Part shown: positions 36,869 to 50,172 of the stretch, piece by piece | How positions within the stretch are numbered: the stretch's first letter is position 1 | Layout: every line of letters begins with the position of its first letter | Assembly: GCA_015680685.1 (NCBI GenBank) | Contig: MNCI01001345.1 | Span: forward strand, 36,035 to 100,034 | From: Gnetum montanum | Lineage: Eukaryota; Plantae; Gnetophyta | Direction: 5' to 3' | Length of the DNA stretch: 64,000 nt | Translations under genes and position numbers: made by a program | The notes under the pieces: generated by a model | Told to the model about the DNA's origin: nothing | The model's input: only the letters and a program-made list of their open reading frames with translations | Databases searched by the model: none

Positions 36869-39800
36869 ATGGCTTCAACACTTAAAGAAAAATTATCACC
36901 TACTAAAGAGCTAAAAAATGGCAATGAAAAAACACATGATGATGAAGACAGGAGTATGCTTATGTAAACACAAATCTCATATGCTCACACCAATCCTTTT
37001 TATCATAAGTTTATATTCATATTTTATAAAGATAGGAAATTGTGATGGAGAGACTTACAGGGCAACATCATCTTACCTACAAAGTGTTCAGCACCATCCA
37101 TGCTTCAAATAGCCTTAAGGGGAATGAATTTGAGTCATGTGCAAGAGGGGTATCATGTTACCAAACACATGACTAGGCCCTATCAATCCACAAAGGCACA
37201 AGTAAAAAGAGACACTACTATGGAAACCAAGCATGAGAATAATAATAGAAAGCAAGTCAATCCTACTATTGTTCTAGAAGCACTTGATGGTGATGCATTT
37301 TTAGCAAGAAAAACTCCACCATAATCATGAAGCCCATTCACAAACACGTATTATCTATTTGGAATAAACTATCAAAGTATAGTTACATTCAACCCATACA
37401 AATACACCAAGAATAAAGGAAAATGACTCTAAACACAAGTAATACTCAAGCCCTAGAGTTTTTGCAAGATCACAAAGAGATGAATTCCCGATTCATAGAA
37501 GGAAAATCAACCAACATTATTCTCCAATTTCTTCGTCCTCCTCCTTATGATCATCGATGGACTCTAATAGAAGGGAACAAAGATTTAGAAATCATGACAA
37601 GAAGAGACACTAGGCTCATGATAGATATGAGAATCATCAAAGGCATCTAGATGAAGAAGATGAGTATGAACCATGAAGAGAGAGAAATAAATGTGAAGAG
37701 AGAGAGAGATATGAGTACCAAAGGAAACATCACTACAATAGAGTGTACAAATCCTATGACCATGAAAAGCCCCTATAGGCTTCTCATAGCATGATCAACA
37801 TTAGTGAAGTAGTGTACATTTCAACTAGAAATGTGAGGGATAGTCACATCAACCAACTTGATATGAATAATATTCCTAAGTTTGAAGGAGGATATAACAC
37901 AGATCCACAACATCACCTTCAAGCATTTCACAATGCCTATGCCCTACAAAATATCAAAGGTGACTTGCAAAAGCTCAAGTTATTTCCAAAGACACTCATT
38001 AAAGAGGTAGAATGATGGTACATATTTTAAGAACCTAAATCAATCAAAAGGTGAGTTACCACTCTTAAGCTTTTCAATGACAAATACCAAACTTACTTTA
38101 GGATGTCCAATCTTAGAAATAAAATATACGGTTGGAACAAAGGGACACACAAATCCCTTGATGTAGTAATAGGTAGATACTACTCTCTTTTGCATACATG
38201 TTTAGGCCATGGATTTTTCCAAAGGGAGTAGCTTAGGCACATTGTTGATGGGTTGAGGAATAAAACCAAAGAAACCCTTGGGATCTATACCCAAGGAAAA
38301 CAGCGAAAGATGACTACCCATCAAATCCAAAGGCTAATTGATAAAGTGTAAATAGAGGAAGGTAAGTTAAAAAAGAGAGAATTAGCCAAGGAATATAATT
38401 GAGATCCATCTATCAGGAAAGGACATGCACAAATGTGTGAAAAATAAGAGGAAGAAAACTTAGAAGAGGTGACCCATCTATCAATGATATAGAAACCAAG
38501 GTTGAAAATATGTGGGACTCAATGGATGAAAAATTTTCTACAGTTTTGAAAATTGTAGAAGAAAGAAAGAACTCAATAGGTCTTCAATAAGGGCAAGAAG
38601 AAGAAAAAGGAAAGAAACTATGAATGTGAACACTAGAAACAAAAACAAAAAGTTTCTTTCATGGAAGAATGTATTGACTTAAGCTCAGAGGATGAAGAAG
38701 GATGTAAAGTGTGACAGTAAAAACATCCTAAGGAATATTGTCTTGTGATGACACACTTGCAAGAATCATGAGCATATGCACTTAATACAAGATTCATCAA
38801 AAATCAAATGCCAAAATGATTACCTTACCCTCAAGGTAACTATAGATAGACCTTCCAACATGTCTATTATCCAATTGGAGCTTATCCACAACCACAGGAG
38901 CAATATCAGCAATAGTGGCAACAACCACAAGTGTGGGAAATGCCACCACCAAGGTAGTAGTATCCATATCAGTAGCCAAACTCTTATGGATATTATGTGC
39001 AGTGTTTGATATATCTAGAAAATGCAACAATTCACACTTTTCAATAGTATCTACTTGAGTACTATAGATCTACAACTTTAAGGATGGATTCCAATCCATA
39101 TGTGCATCAACCAATGGTGGGTCCATTAAGTCAACCTTCTAATCCTTTACCATCTATGCCACCACCTACAATGCAAGGAGAGTTGTTGTCACAACCACAA
39201 CAAAAGAATGCAATAAGGGAAATCAATATGCAGGAGGTAGTAATTATGAATGAACCTCACTCCAAGAAATGACTATTCTTTCAAACAAGTCCTACAAATG
39301 TTTAAAGGATGGGGACCCTATCTACTTCATCCTCATCCAAACTCACTCTTCCAAGAAAGGATTTGTTTCCATTATCTTCTAATGCAAACTTAATAACTAT
39401 CATGCTAACTTATACCATCATGTACTAGATAAAGGTAGGAGCACTTACTTAAGAAAGAACAGACTTGGAAATTCCCTTGGTATACCTCCAAATAGCTAAC
39501 CACAAACCATGCAAGGCTCTACTTGATTCTAGATCAAGAATAAACTTGTTATCAGAAGACATGTGTAAGGCTTGGAACCTTCTACCATTAAAGAAAAGTA
39601 ACATTTGGCTAGTGTTTGCAAACTAGTCAATCACAGTTCCATTAGGATAGGTAGTCGATGTTATGACTACCATTACTAGTTGGTCTTATCCTACTAATTT
39701 CCTAGTCATTCATGTGGGTAAAAACAAAGGAGAGTTCCCTATTATTATGGAAAGAGCTTGGCTTAGCACTATGAATGCTAAGCTTGAAATCAAAGGCCTA

Positions 39801-42564
39801 TCCTTGGAAATTTTCAAGAAGGATGAAGCTGGAATCTTTTAACAACATAGAGTTATATGTATTTCATGTAGTGATAATGGGTTCAATTACATGGAAAAAA
39901 TATAGGAAGCTAATAAGAGAATAACACAGCATGCAAAAGATGTATCAAAGAAATGTGTGTGTAGACATGCCTATTTGCAGCAACCACTAAACAAGAAGGC
40001 ACCCAGTGGCTGGTCATTGATGAAGAAACAAAATGAAAAATATACATGGAACCAACAACTCAAATTATAATTGCCTACATGGAAGAGAAGGGCAAGCTAG
40101 AGCTGTTAAACAGAAGGGACAGTTATCCACATTCAGGCCAAGAAAAAGAAATTGAATGGGGATAGCTTGAGATCATAGATAAAGTGGAACTAGAACCATT
40201 GGAGTTAAAGACCTTATTGGTAGCACTGGAATATGCTTTTCTAAAAAATAAGAAGCTAATAATCATCAACACTATCCTAGAGAAAGAACAAAAAAAGAGA
40301 TTATTGGAAGTGATCAATAAATGACCAACAACATTTGCCTAGTCTTATGATGAAATAACAAGCATCAATCCTCAAATTAATATACAAAAATCTAGGTGTT
40401 AAGCCATGACACCAACCATAGAGAAGGCTGAATCCTAACCTTAAGGAAGTAGTAAAGAAAGAGTTGGAAAAATTACTAAAAGTATGATTTATTTATCCCA
40501 TTGTAGACAATGAATGGATTAGTCCTTTGGTAATTTTTCCAAAGAAGGAGGGTAAGTGAATAGTGTGTATTAATTTCCAATTGTTGAATTTTGTAATGTT
40601 CAAGGATCATTTTCCTTTGTTGTTTATTGACCAAGTCTTGGATACTATCACAAGACACTGGTACTATAGTTTGCTTGATGGATATAGCAGATATACCCAT
40701 ATCATCATTGCACCAGAAGACCAAGAGAATACAATGTTCATGATTCCATGGGGGAACATTTACATACAAGAAAATGCCTTTTAGCCTTTGCAATGCACCT
40801 ACTACCTTTCAAAGACTAGTACTCAGTATCTTCCAAAAACAAATAGGTAATGGCATTAAGGTATTTATGGATGATTTTTAAACCTATGGGCAAGACTTCA
40901 AACAATCATTGGATTATTTAGAGCAAGTACTGAGAAGATGCATAAAGACAAATATGAAGCTCAACTAACAAAAAATCCATCTAATGGTCCAAGATGGGAT
41001 TATTCTAGGACATTAAGTTTCATAGAAGGAAATTGGGGTAGATCTTGAGAAGATCAAAGTTATCTAGAACATCACCCAACGATCACAAACTATGAAAGAT
41101 GTTAGATCATTTCTAAGCCACAAGTATATTATAGAAGGTTTATAAAGAATTTATCAAAAATTGCAAAACCATTGATAGAACTAACTAAGAAGGATGCACC
41201 ATTTTAGTGGATAGAATCATGTGAAAAGGTGTTTGATACTTTAAAACAAAAGTTAATTGAAACATGAATTATCTAAGCTCTAGATTGGTTTACGCCTTTT
41301 CATATTATGATAGATGCTTCAAATTATACACTAGGTGTAGTAGTAGCATAGTTGGATGACTAGAAAAGACATTATTACATACATTGTGCCAATAGAAGAA
41401 TCATCGAAGCATAGCTCAATTACACCATCATAAAGAAGGAGCTTATGAAAATGGTGTATGCACTAGAAAATTTTACATTATATGCTTGGGTACCTAATTT
41501 ATGTTCATACAGATCATAGTGCAATCCAATTCCTAATGAATAAACTAATGGTAAGTCCCATCAAGAATTTGACATTACCATGATCAATAAGAAAGGCATG
41601 GAAAGAGATAGAAACTATAGGATCAAGAAGAATCAAGTTAGACCAGTTTCCTAATGAAAACCTGTTCATGAAGATAATAATGATTGTTGACTTAACAAAG
41701 AAGTCATGGATAACTAATTACATAACTTACTTAATCACACAAGAGCTTTTTGTTGAGTGGAGTAAGAAATAAAAAGAGCTATTCCTTCATAAAGTCAAAA
41801 AATATATGGAGATAAATAGGAATCTTTACAAGATATGTGCTAATGGATTAGTCCAATGGTATGTACCTAAGGGTAATTAACAAAGGATCCTAAAAGATGC
41901 ACATGAAGGACCATGTGATGGTCATTATGCTTAGCTTCACCCAATCCTATGAACAATGCCATTGAGATGAAGGAATAATGGCTATATATCCAGGACCACA
42001 ATAATGGATACAATCATTAGAACCATTTGATATATAGGGAATTAACTTCATAGAACCCATCATGCCAATGTTGAATGGAAAATCCTACATCATAGCAACT
42101 GCGGATTATTGTAAATAGAGGGAAAAGGTAGCCAGAATTAAAGATTGTACAGCTAAAAAAACTACCAAATATTTCCAACAACATGTGATAAATAGATTTA
42201 GAGTACCAAGGATGCTTATCTCAAACAATGAAACTCATTTTACTAGTGCTACTTTTAGAAAGCTCATGTAGCAGCTCAAGGTGAACCATAAATTAATCAC
42301 ATCATATCATCCCTAGGAAAATAATCAAGTTGAAGTAACTAACCATGAAATTGCAAGAATATTAACTAGGATGGTTAGTATATTTATCCAACAAAAGACT
42401 AAGTCGTAAACACTTTGGGAGGAATCATACATCATCCAGGAAACTTATCCATATGGTGTCATGTACATTTACCATCCATATATCCCACATAATTCATCTT
42501 AGTAAACATCCAACAAGTCAAGCCCAATTATGAACATCTTGATTCAATTATGGATTCTACCTAG
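36869..42564 (+). pseudogene. gag-pol: Decayed gag-pol polyprotein (Athila lineage)
   Basis: gag LDMNNIPKFEGGYNTDPQHHLQAFHNAY; PR ALLDSRSRINLL/IIMERAWL; RT WISPLVIFPKK, KDHFPLLFIDQVLD, LCNAPTTFQR, VFMDDF (40861); RH IDASNYTLGVV; INT HEGPCDGHY, GINFIEP, QVEVTNHE. Confidence 0.93.
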
Positions 42565-44740
42565 CCCATTACTCTATCCTCTACCTATTCAATTTTCTGG
42601 CTAACTAGTCTTGATCATAGTTTGTGTGAGTGTCCACCATGACATGTAGGTACATACTGAATTTTTCATTTCCTTATTACTTTCATATTTTCTTAATACA
42701 TTTTCCTATACTTTTATATTTTATAATTTCTTAATAATTTTCCATTCTTTGACATTTTCCAATTCTTTGCCAATTTTTCATTGTTACTATCTTTTCATTC
42801 TTAATATCTTTTAAAATTTTTTGACACTTTGTTATTACTTCACTTGTACATATTTTTAGCAATTTTCAATAAAATACAAGGAATAATACAAGATTGGTCC
42901 AAATAAGGTGAATATTACCCTATAGTATCAATCATAAGGGACTAATTGCTTATATAGTAAGACTATGACATCCATCCATCCATTCCAATAATAAGAGGTT
43001 CTTACCATGGCCATAATGATATTCTTCTCACAATAAAACTAAGAATAAACTTGTGATCATTATGCTTGGACAAAAAAGTGAAGAACCAAGTAGGAATGAA
43101 ACAAGTGTGACATCAAGGGAACATGTGGACCCTCTAAGATTGCTACTATGAGTCCTATCATGTTGGAAAGAATGTATTATTCTCTTGAGTTCTAATAAAT
43201 AATGGAAGTAAGATTACAATAAGTGCTACCTTATCATGTCAACATAAAGACATGTTACCCATGCCTAAAGCTATTCCTTTGGTAAGGGTGACATAGTAAA
43301 ATAAAATAAAGGGCATGGAACAAAATTTCTGAGGGTCACACTACAAAGACATGTTACTGATGCCAAAAGGTAGGTGGCTTCTCAAAAATCTAAAAAATAG
43401 CAATGTGCTACTAATAAAACTCCTTCCTTAAATAGCATTGCCAAGTGGTAATACTATTTGAAATAGTGATATCCTTATGGTTGTGAATTATGGGGATGAA
43501 ATAATGCAATGCCATTGGAAAGTGGTTTAGTCATAATTTGAAACTTGGACAGAAAGGTTAATGATTACTTTAATTATAGATTATACATAAGAATATTTTA
43601 TGCCTATGGTAAGATACCTCACGTCCTAGTTTCAGAAATCCCTTCTATAGTCCATTTTATCTCCCTGTATATTTAATCATAACTCTATGATTTTGTATAA
43701 TATATTATTATTTCCCAAATATAGAGATACTAACATGTGTTTTTTGCTAGAGAGTTATGTCTTACATTCAACTCCTTGAAGACCTATGGATACTTTTAGG
43801 CATGGTTATACCAGGGTACTACAAGCTAAAGATTTCTCTAGGGAAGATCCACTTGTATAATTATTGTATCTGATACTTCACAAGAAATTTCACATCATCT
43901 TGTGTCTTCAAAAATAATATAGACTCAATAAATACTTCTTATACCATCTTAGAACCTGTCCAAAAATTCTTGAATTCTAAGCATCATCAATGATCCATAA
44001 CCCTTGATACAATCTCTATGTCTTCCATATCATCCAATTGACTCATTTTTTCCATTTGAAATTTCTCAAAAATCAAATTTTTTCGGTAGTGACATTGTAG
44101 ATACAATGTATGAGGCCCTATGACATCAAAGCTATGATGTCGCATCAACAATGTCACGCATATGAAAAACATATATATAGGCATAGGAGTTATCAAAATT
44201 TTTCATTTAGCCATATTACAACAAGATGATTTTTTACAATTTTTCTGAGCTTTGGCAACCTAACTTTCCAAAGAAATAGCTTCTTCACCATAGCTCTAAT
44301 TTCCATGATTCTTCAATCCTATTGATCTTAGAACACTCAACTTAGGGGGGTGGGGAGGAGGGAGGAGGGATATTTTAGTATGCATACATCTAAGAAATTT
44401 GAGACAAAATGTTCTAATGCCTTGAAGACATTATCAAGGGTAAGTATAGAAGGATAATAAGAATGTTAAACCTAAATAACTAAATTTTAGCCAAATAACT
44501 TAACCAAACCTCCTAGATAACCATACTAACCAAGCAAGGGTACAATAAGTGAGGAAATGATAACTACAAATGTCATAATAATAAGGAATATAACACTTGG
44601 AGGTTTCTTTTCAAAAATTTTTCTAACTCTACAATGATAATAAGATAAGGACTTAATATAACTAGGAGTATGAAAGGGATTACAAACCATGAAGATTTAA
44701 TGAGAATACTTTAATAATCCCAAACTCTAATGGATTACAA

Positions 44741-46859
44741 ATGGCCCCAAAGAGACCAACAGCTAAAGAACCTTCCCAATAAGGTGGCAAGAGACTAAAA
44801 GTCCATGGGAGAGGCTAAACAAAAGAATAAACTCCCCAAGTTGAACATGTAGAGTAAGAGCTGAAATCATTCAGCATTCACCAACAAACTCTTACTACTG
44901 AACACTTTGCATAAGTAGAAGCAGAGGTCCTACTAGCATAAGAGTAGGGTAACATCTCACATTGTTCAACAAATGTCTACAATCCATCCAAGAAAATTCT
45001 ATCATGTCCACAATCATCATGGAATTTTCAAGTTAGTGCCTCTTAAGAAAGATTAGCTAGAAAAGCCAACAAGCACTAAGGGAGCTATAGGTTCAACTCC
45101 TATTGATAACATTCAACAACAACAATAATAACAAGCTTCATTACCACCACCACAAGACTATAGGCCATTGATGAGCCATCTACAATAGATTGTAGAAATA
45201 ATAAAATAAGGTATAATAGAGGGCACCAATCTCTACAAAGTTAGAGAAAGCATAGTTAAGCACATAATTTCTACAAATCTTGCAAGTGGGAAAGTGTCAC
45301 TATAGATAGGAGGAAAGGAAAATCAAGCACAGAAAATCTCAAGAAACATTGCATCATTCCAAGTCATGCTCGAAACTAGTGAAGGTACCACAATTATGGT
45401 TATGTAGCACCAAGATATAGTAGGTACTACAAAGGTCATCACAAACCACATCAAAGAATCATTTAATGTTCTTATTGTGCTACCAACCAATATTTCTAGA
45501 GTGAGAGACACTCAATATCAGGTAGTACCTCAATGAATCCTACCAAACATGAAGATGTACTAGATAAACTATTATAGATGGATCAAGTCATTCAAAATTT
45601 ATTTAATATCCCAAGTGATATCATTACAGTATAGTCTAATCTAATTGTCACCAAAGGGAAACTAGTCATGGCTAAGAAAAGGGAAGAACATGTAGAGAAT
45701 AAGATGCAAAAGTTATAAGAGGAATAAGCAACCCTAAGAGATGAAAGGAGAGACCCTACATAGTTCATAAATCTTAATGAGCTAGAACAATTTACAATGG
45801 ATCATGTGAGGTAATTCATTCCCCATAACATCAAAGATGAGATAGAGAGGGAAAAGGCAATGTGAAATGCCTCAGTTACAAGAGCACAAATTTATGCCCA
45901 TGTCAAAGCCCTCATAGCATTTGAGGAAGGAAATAAAAAGCTTACTACTAACAACACAAGGTTGACTAACATGGAGAAATAGAAAAATATTCTTGAAGAA
46001 AGCATTCATCAACTCCAAGAATAACTAGTACAAGTAAACCAAGACATGAGTAGATTGGCTTGAGAAAACAAGAATTTGTTAATGAAATAAGTCTACATAA
46101 TTTGACAAAACTCTAGAATTGAAATAAGTGCGTAGCAAAATGAGGCTAAGAAACTTGAAAGACTCAAAGGAAATTTTCGGGACCAAGTCGGAATGTATAA
46201 ATAATTAATGAAAAAGAAATCCAGCTAGTAAAGGCCAAGATCAACTCCATCACTAATCAAACTCTTGATGGGTAGTCCATCCTAGATAGTCTCGTCAACA
46301 TCCATCAGGCTGAAATCAAAAATAAAAACCTACAAATAGAGGATCTTACAGAATACATGGGATTAGCAAACCTTAGTATGCTAACTTGGCCATGTTGATA
46401 GTAGGATAGCCTAAAAATGAACTTGAGCAATAGGTAGTAGCTATGTATGCCATGTACGAGAAGGAGTTTGCTGATAAAAAAAATGCCCTACAGAAACTCC
46501 ATGTATCAAACTCTAAACTTGAAGTTGTAAAAGCAAGCTACTAGGGATAAAAAGATATTGCAACAAATCTAGCACAAAGAATGTCTTACTACCAAGAACT
46601 CAAAAAGGTAGCCAAAGCATTTAAGGAGGAGAGCTGGTAGTTTGTGGCTTGTTATGTGAAGGCCAATCAAATGTTTCCATAACTACCATGTTCATGGAAA
46701 GTACTAGCTCCATCCAAAATCACAGAATCAACATGGAAAATACATGATCTAAGGATAGAAGAGGAGAAACTTCAGGCACTCCTAAACTATTATAAATTCT
46801 AAAAGCCTGATGATAGAGAAATGAAGCCAATGGAAGAACCTCCACCACCTCGAACATAA
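44741..46859 (+). pseudogene. Extra (env-position) ORF with a ~600-bp internal deletion
   Basis: MAPKRPTAKEPSQ*GGKR start. A deletion at ~45025 removes the LPFPCLI-containing domain. Ends MEEPPPPRT*. Confidence 0.8.
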
Positions 46860-46959
46860 ATTACATTGAGCTACTTCAATTTTTGTTTTATTTTATTTGT
46901 AATTGTCAAATATGTCTAACTTTTATAAAAACATTACTATAGGATTAAAGAGTATAATT

Positions 46960-47035
46960 TCATATTCGATACAATATAGTATTCAACAATAGAATTTCAT
47001 GCTTCATCATATCCCCACAACACACCAAAGACTCA
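46960..47035 (-). mobile_element. Stub of an LTR-B start plus PPT, probably the 3' end of element B2
   Basis: aacaatagaatttcatgcttcatca matches 297-321 and 54690-54708. Followed by tatccccacaac (PPT) and aaagactcatc. Confidence 0.65.
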
Positions 47036-47356
47036 TCTCTTTTGCTGCTCATGGGCACGCCTCATAGACAGAGAGTTGAGGCACACCCAAAACCTGTCGC
47101 CCGCTGCCGCAGTCACCGGTGAGGGAAAAATAAGGAAAAAACTGACGTCCCAATAGCTTCCTGGCTAGCTATTGCCTCCTGTGCAGAGGGAGAGACGGTT
47201 ACGTGTTTTTTTGCTGGCTGTAGGTTTGCAAGATCTGCAATATATCGTAATGCAACCTTTAAGCCAATTCAAAATTGGACATTTAATCTTATTATATTTT
47301 TATTTATTTTTTAAGTAAAAAATTGGAAATTGCAACTATTAACATAACTGTTGTAT

Positions 47357-47580
47357 TTTCTAACTCTGATTCTTACCCCGATTTATTCACATTTTTCTAA
47401 TCCAATTTATGAAAAGGGCCGATCTGATTTTTCAATCTATGCCGCGGACTTACAATTTTCTAATATTGATGATTTTACTCCAATTCTTTCACCAATTTAT
47501 TCACATTTTCCTAATCCGATTATGACTGATGATTTGCCGATCGGCGCCGATTTCTCAATCTATGCACCGGACTTACAAGC
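47357..47580 (+). repeat. Imperfect tandem duplication (~110-120 bp x2)
   Basis: gatttattcacatttttctaatcc...gatttttcaatctatgccgcggacttacaa is repeated as aatttattcacattttcctaatcc...gatttctcaatctatgcaccggacttacaa. Confidence 0.85.
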
Positions 47581-48891
47581 AAGACAAAAAAAATAGTCGT
47601 GGTTCGGTGAGATTACAGACAGGATTCCCTGGCCCCAAGTGTTTATTATACCTGGTTATTATATAATTAAATGATAAGACCGACAGTCAAGCATTTGAAA
47701 AATACTGTAATGAATTAATCATGAGCAGGAGACCGAGACATAACCATCGAGTATGTGGGAATTTCAGCAGCAGCAGCAGCATCGGAAAAACCAACTAAAC
47801 TAAGCAATCCATCAAAAGCCAGCTAAACCGAGCAATCCAGAATTCCAAGCGGAACCCAGCAATCCAACATCACAAAGGAGCGACTGAACAATTAAAAATA
47901 TAAAACTGTACGAGCTCAACATAGGAAGAGCCGTGTATTCATACACGTTATTTGCTTATCAAACGTAAGTTAAAATGATAGCATCAGTGAAGAAGCTGAA
48001 CACCAACAACTCAGCAGAAGCACCCATTAATATACATGTATTTATATACAAACATGCACAGAAAGTTGCAACTTACTAGAAACTGCCCGCACAGAATTCC
48101 AAGACAAGATGATTTCTGAGCGCTGATAAGGAAGAAAGAAATTTTTGGGGTAGTAAGATTTTTGAAAAGAAAAGCATTCAATAAAAAAGTTTAACAATCT
48201 TTTAAAGAAAATGCATGGAAAAGAATCTATAGATAAAAAATTTATAGCAATCCAGCTACTGGCACAAAAGAACTGCCTCATATTCCTATCCGCGTTTCAA
48301 GGCGATGGTAGGCTTCCATGGTAGAACGTAGTCTGAAATAAAAGAATAGCAATATGCAGAAATTATTACTCCTATAGTTATCTGCTTTTTCATAAATGGC
48401 AACTTGAAATTTTTTGATCAGAGATTTATTTATTTCACTGTTTTCAAAAGCGGTAGACATGCAAATGCGTGCGTTACTATATAGCATCGAATGTTAGTGT
48501 GACAGACCTTTCATCGATGTGTGGAACCTCTTATACCATTAACAATGTGTTTGATAACTGATTAGCATTTTCATATTTTTTGGTTTTCACGGAACATTCC
48601 TACCCCTCTTTTTTGAACAGGTAGAAAATGACTTTATTAATAAAAATGGTATTTCCTATGGCAAAATACATGTTCAGTCTTGAAGACGAACATCTTAAGT
48701 GGTGGGGAACTTCTTTTTAATCGCAATGCGCAAAAAAGCAACTAATTTATTTAGAAACAATAACATTGGCAAAATTTTATACCAACATCTATTATTAGAG
48801 TTCACTATGATAAATCTTATTGATACCTAAAGGCAAAATGTTGTATACATGCATGGGTATGCAACTCTAAAATGAAGGGCAGAAAGTGCCT

Positions 48892-48975
48892 AACAATACC
48901 AAGAAATGGAAATGTTTTCGAGGTTGGAATCTGAACAATACCAAGAAATGGAAATGTTTTCAAGGTTGGAATCTG
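48892..48975 (+). repeat. 42-bp tandem duplication
   Basis: aacaataccaagaaatggaaatgttttc(g/a)aggttggaatctg x2, one mismatch. Confidence 0.95.
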
Positions 48976-49429
48976 AAAGTAGGGTATTCTTAAATATAAT
49001 GATCTCAAAACAAGATAGACCAAGCTAAATCACTAGACATAATAGCAAGCTGCTATTTAGCCAATGATTTGCTTTGCATTCTAATTTTGGCAGAGGCCTA
49101 CTACCAATCAGTAATGCTAAATAATATTACATCCATAATGCTAAGGGGGAGCTTATTGGTGATGCTAAATATTATCCAATCCACAATGCTCCAGGAGGAA
49201 ACTATAAGTAATGGTAAATAATATTCCGTCCATAATGCCAATATGTTTGTTTCAAATAACTATGTTTGTATCTTGGTATTGGAATGCAAAGAGAAGAAAA
49301 GTCTGGAAGGCAAGGAGAACATGCATAGAAAACAACAATTCATGAGAATTCAGGAAGATTTATTCCCATACTTAGATTAGATAATATTTAATACAGTAGA
49401 TGAACTAAAATTTAACACATTTTTGCAAG

Positions 49430-50050
49430 ATTCTCTTGGCCATAGATATATATTAAATATATAACTAAGGATGGGTTTTCTGAAAAAAATATTGCTCAAA
49501 ATGTAGAAGCCAGTTGCACGATGCATAGTAGATAAAAAGACAAATGGTGTAAAATTTTTGAATGATTCAGAAGGAGAATTGGACCGATTAGTGTTCATTT
49601 GTGAGGATGCAAGGGTTATGCTCACTGTTAATTTATGGCCAAAAGCAGGATTAGTTAATGGTGCATTGGGAGTCACTAAGAAAATAATATATAATCCACA
49701 TTGTCAACCTCCACAGTTGTCATCGTATGTCATCATTGAGTTTGACTCTCATATTGGAGTACCGTATGATAATAAACATCCTTGACAAGTACCCATTTCA
49801 CCAATTATACGTGGAGGATCTCACCAACTACCACTTAGATTAGCATGGGCTTTAACAATACATACGTCACAGAGAATGACATTGGAGAAAGCATGTAGAT
49901 GTTGGTAGCAAAGAAACAACATGTCTTACATTTGTGGCACTATCTCAAGTGAGGAGTATTGACAGTTTGAATATATTCCCTTCGATCTCCAAAGAAAGAT
50001 ATATCAAAATATTTAAGGTTTCACACCTTCAAAGTAGATATTTGGGTTTT
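49430..50050 (+). pseudogene. PIF1-family DNA helicase C-terminal remnant (Helitron2/Helentron-like RepHel)
   Basis: RVMLTVNLWPKAGLVNGALG, VPISPI, QLPLRLAWALTIHTSQRMTLEKA, a frameshift at ~49897, then DVGSKETTCLTFVALSQVR (helicase motifs IV-VI). Confidence 0.9.
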
Positions 50051-50172
50051 AAAATCTTGTTCTTCGTCCAGAAGTCGTGAAATTTTTTACTCAAAGAACT
50101 TTTTACTTGTAAACTAATAAGATTCTATCAGCCAATTTATAGATATATATTATAAATATATAACTAAGCTAG

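Larger units (their letters stand above)
36010..46950 (+). mobile_element. Most complete Athila-type element: partial LTR-B, PBS, gag-PR-RT-RH-INT, spacer, extra ORF; 3' LTR lost
   Basis: All domains are readable in Ty3/gypsy order despite stops and frameshifts. Confidence 0.92.
47036..50172 (+). mobile_element. Candidate rolling-circle (Helitron-family) insertion carrying a PIF1 remnant and unique sequence
   Basis: Bounded by A|TCTC and CTAG|T exactly where B-element homology stops and resumes, and contains PIF1 motifs. Ends are inferred. Confidence 0.45.

Noticed and set aside
49430-50050. Functional host PIF1 gene
   Set aside because: It has a stop, a frameshift and altered motifs (HTSQR for HKSQG), no N-terminal Walker motifs and no intron structure.
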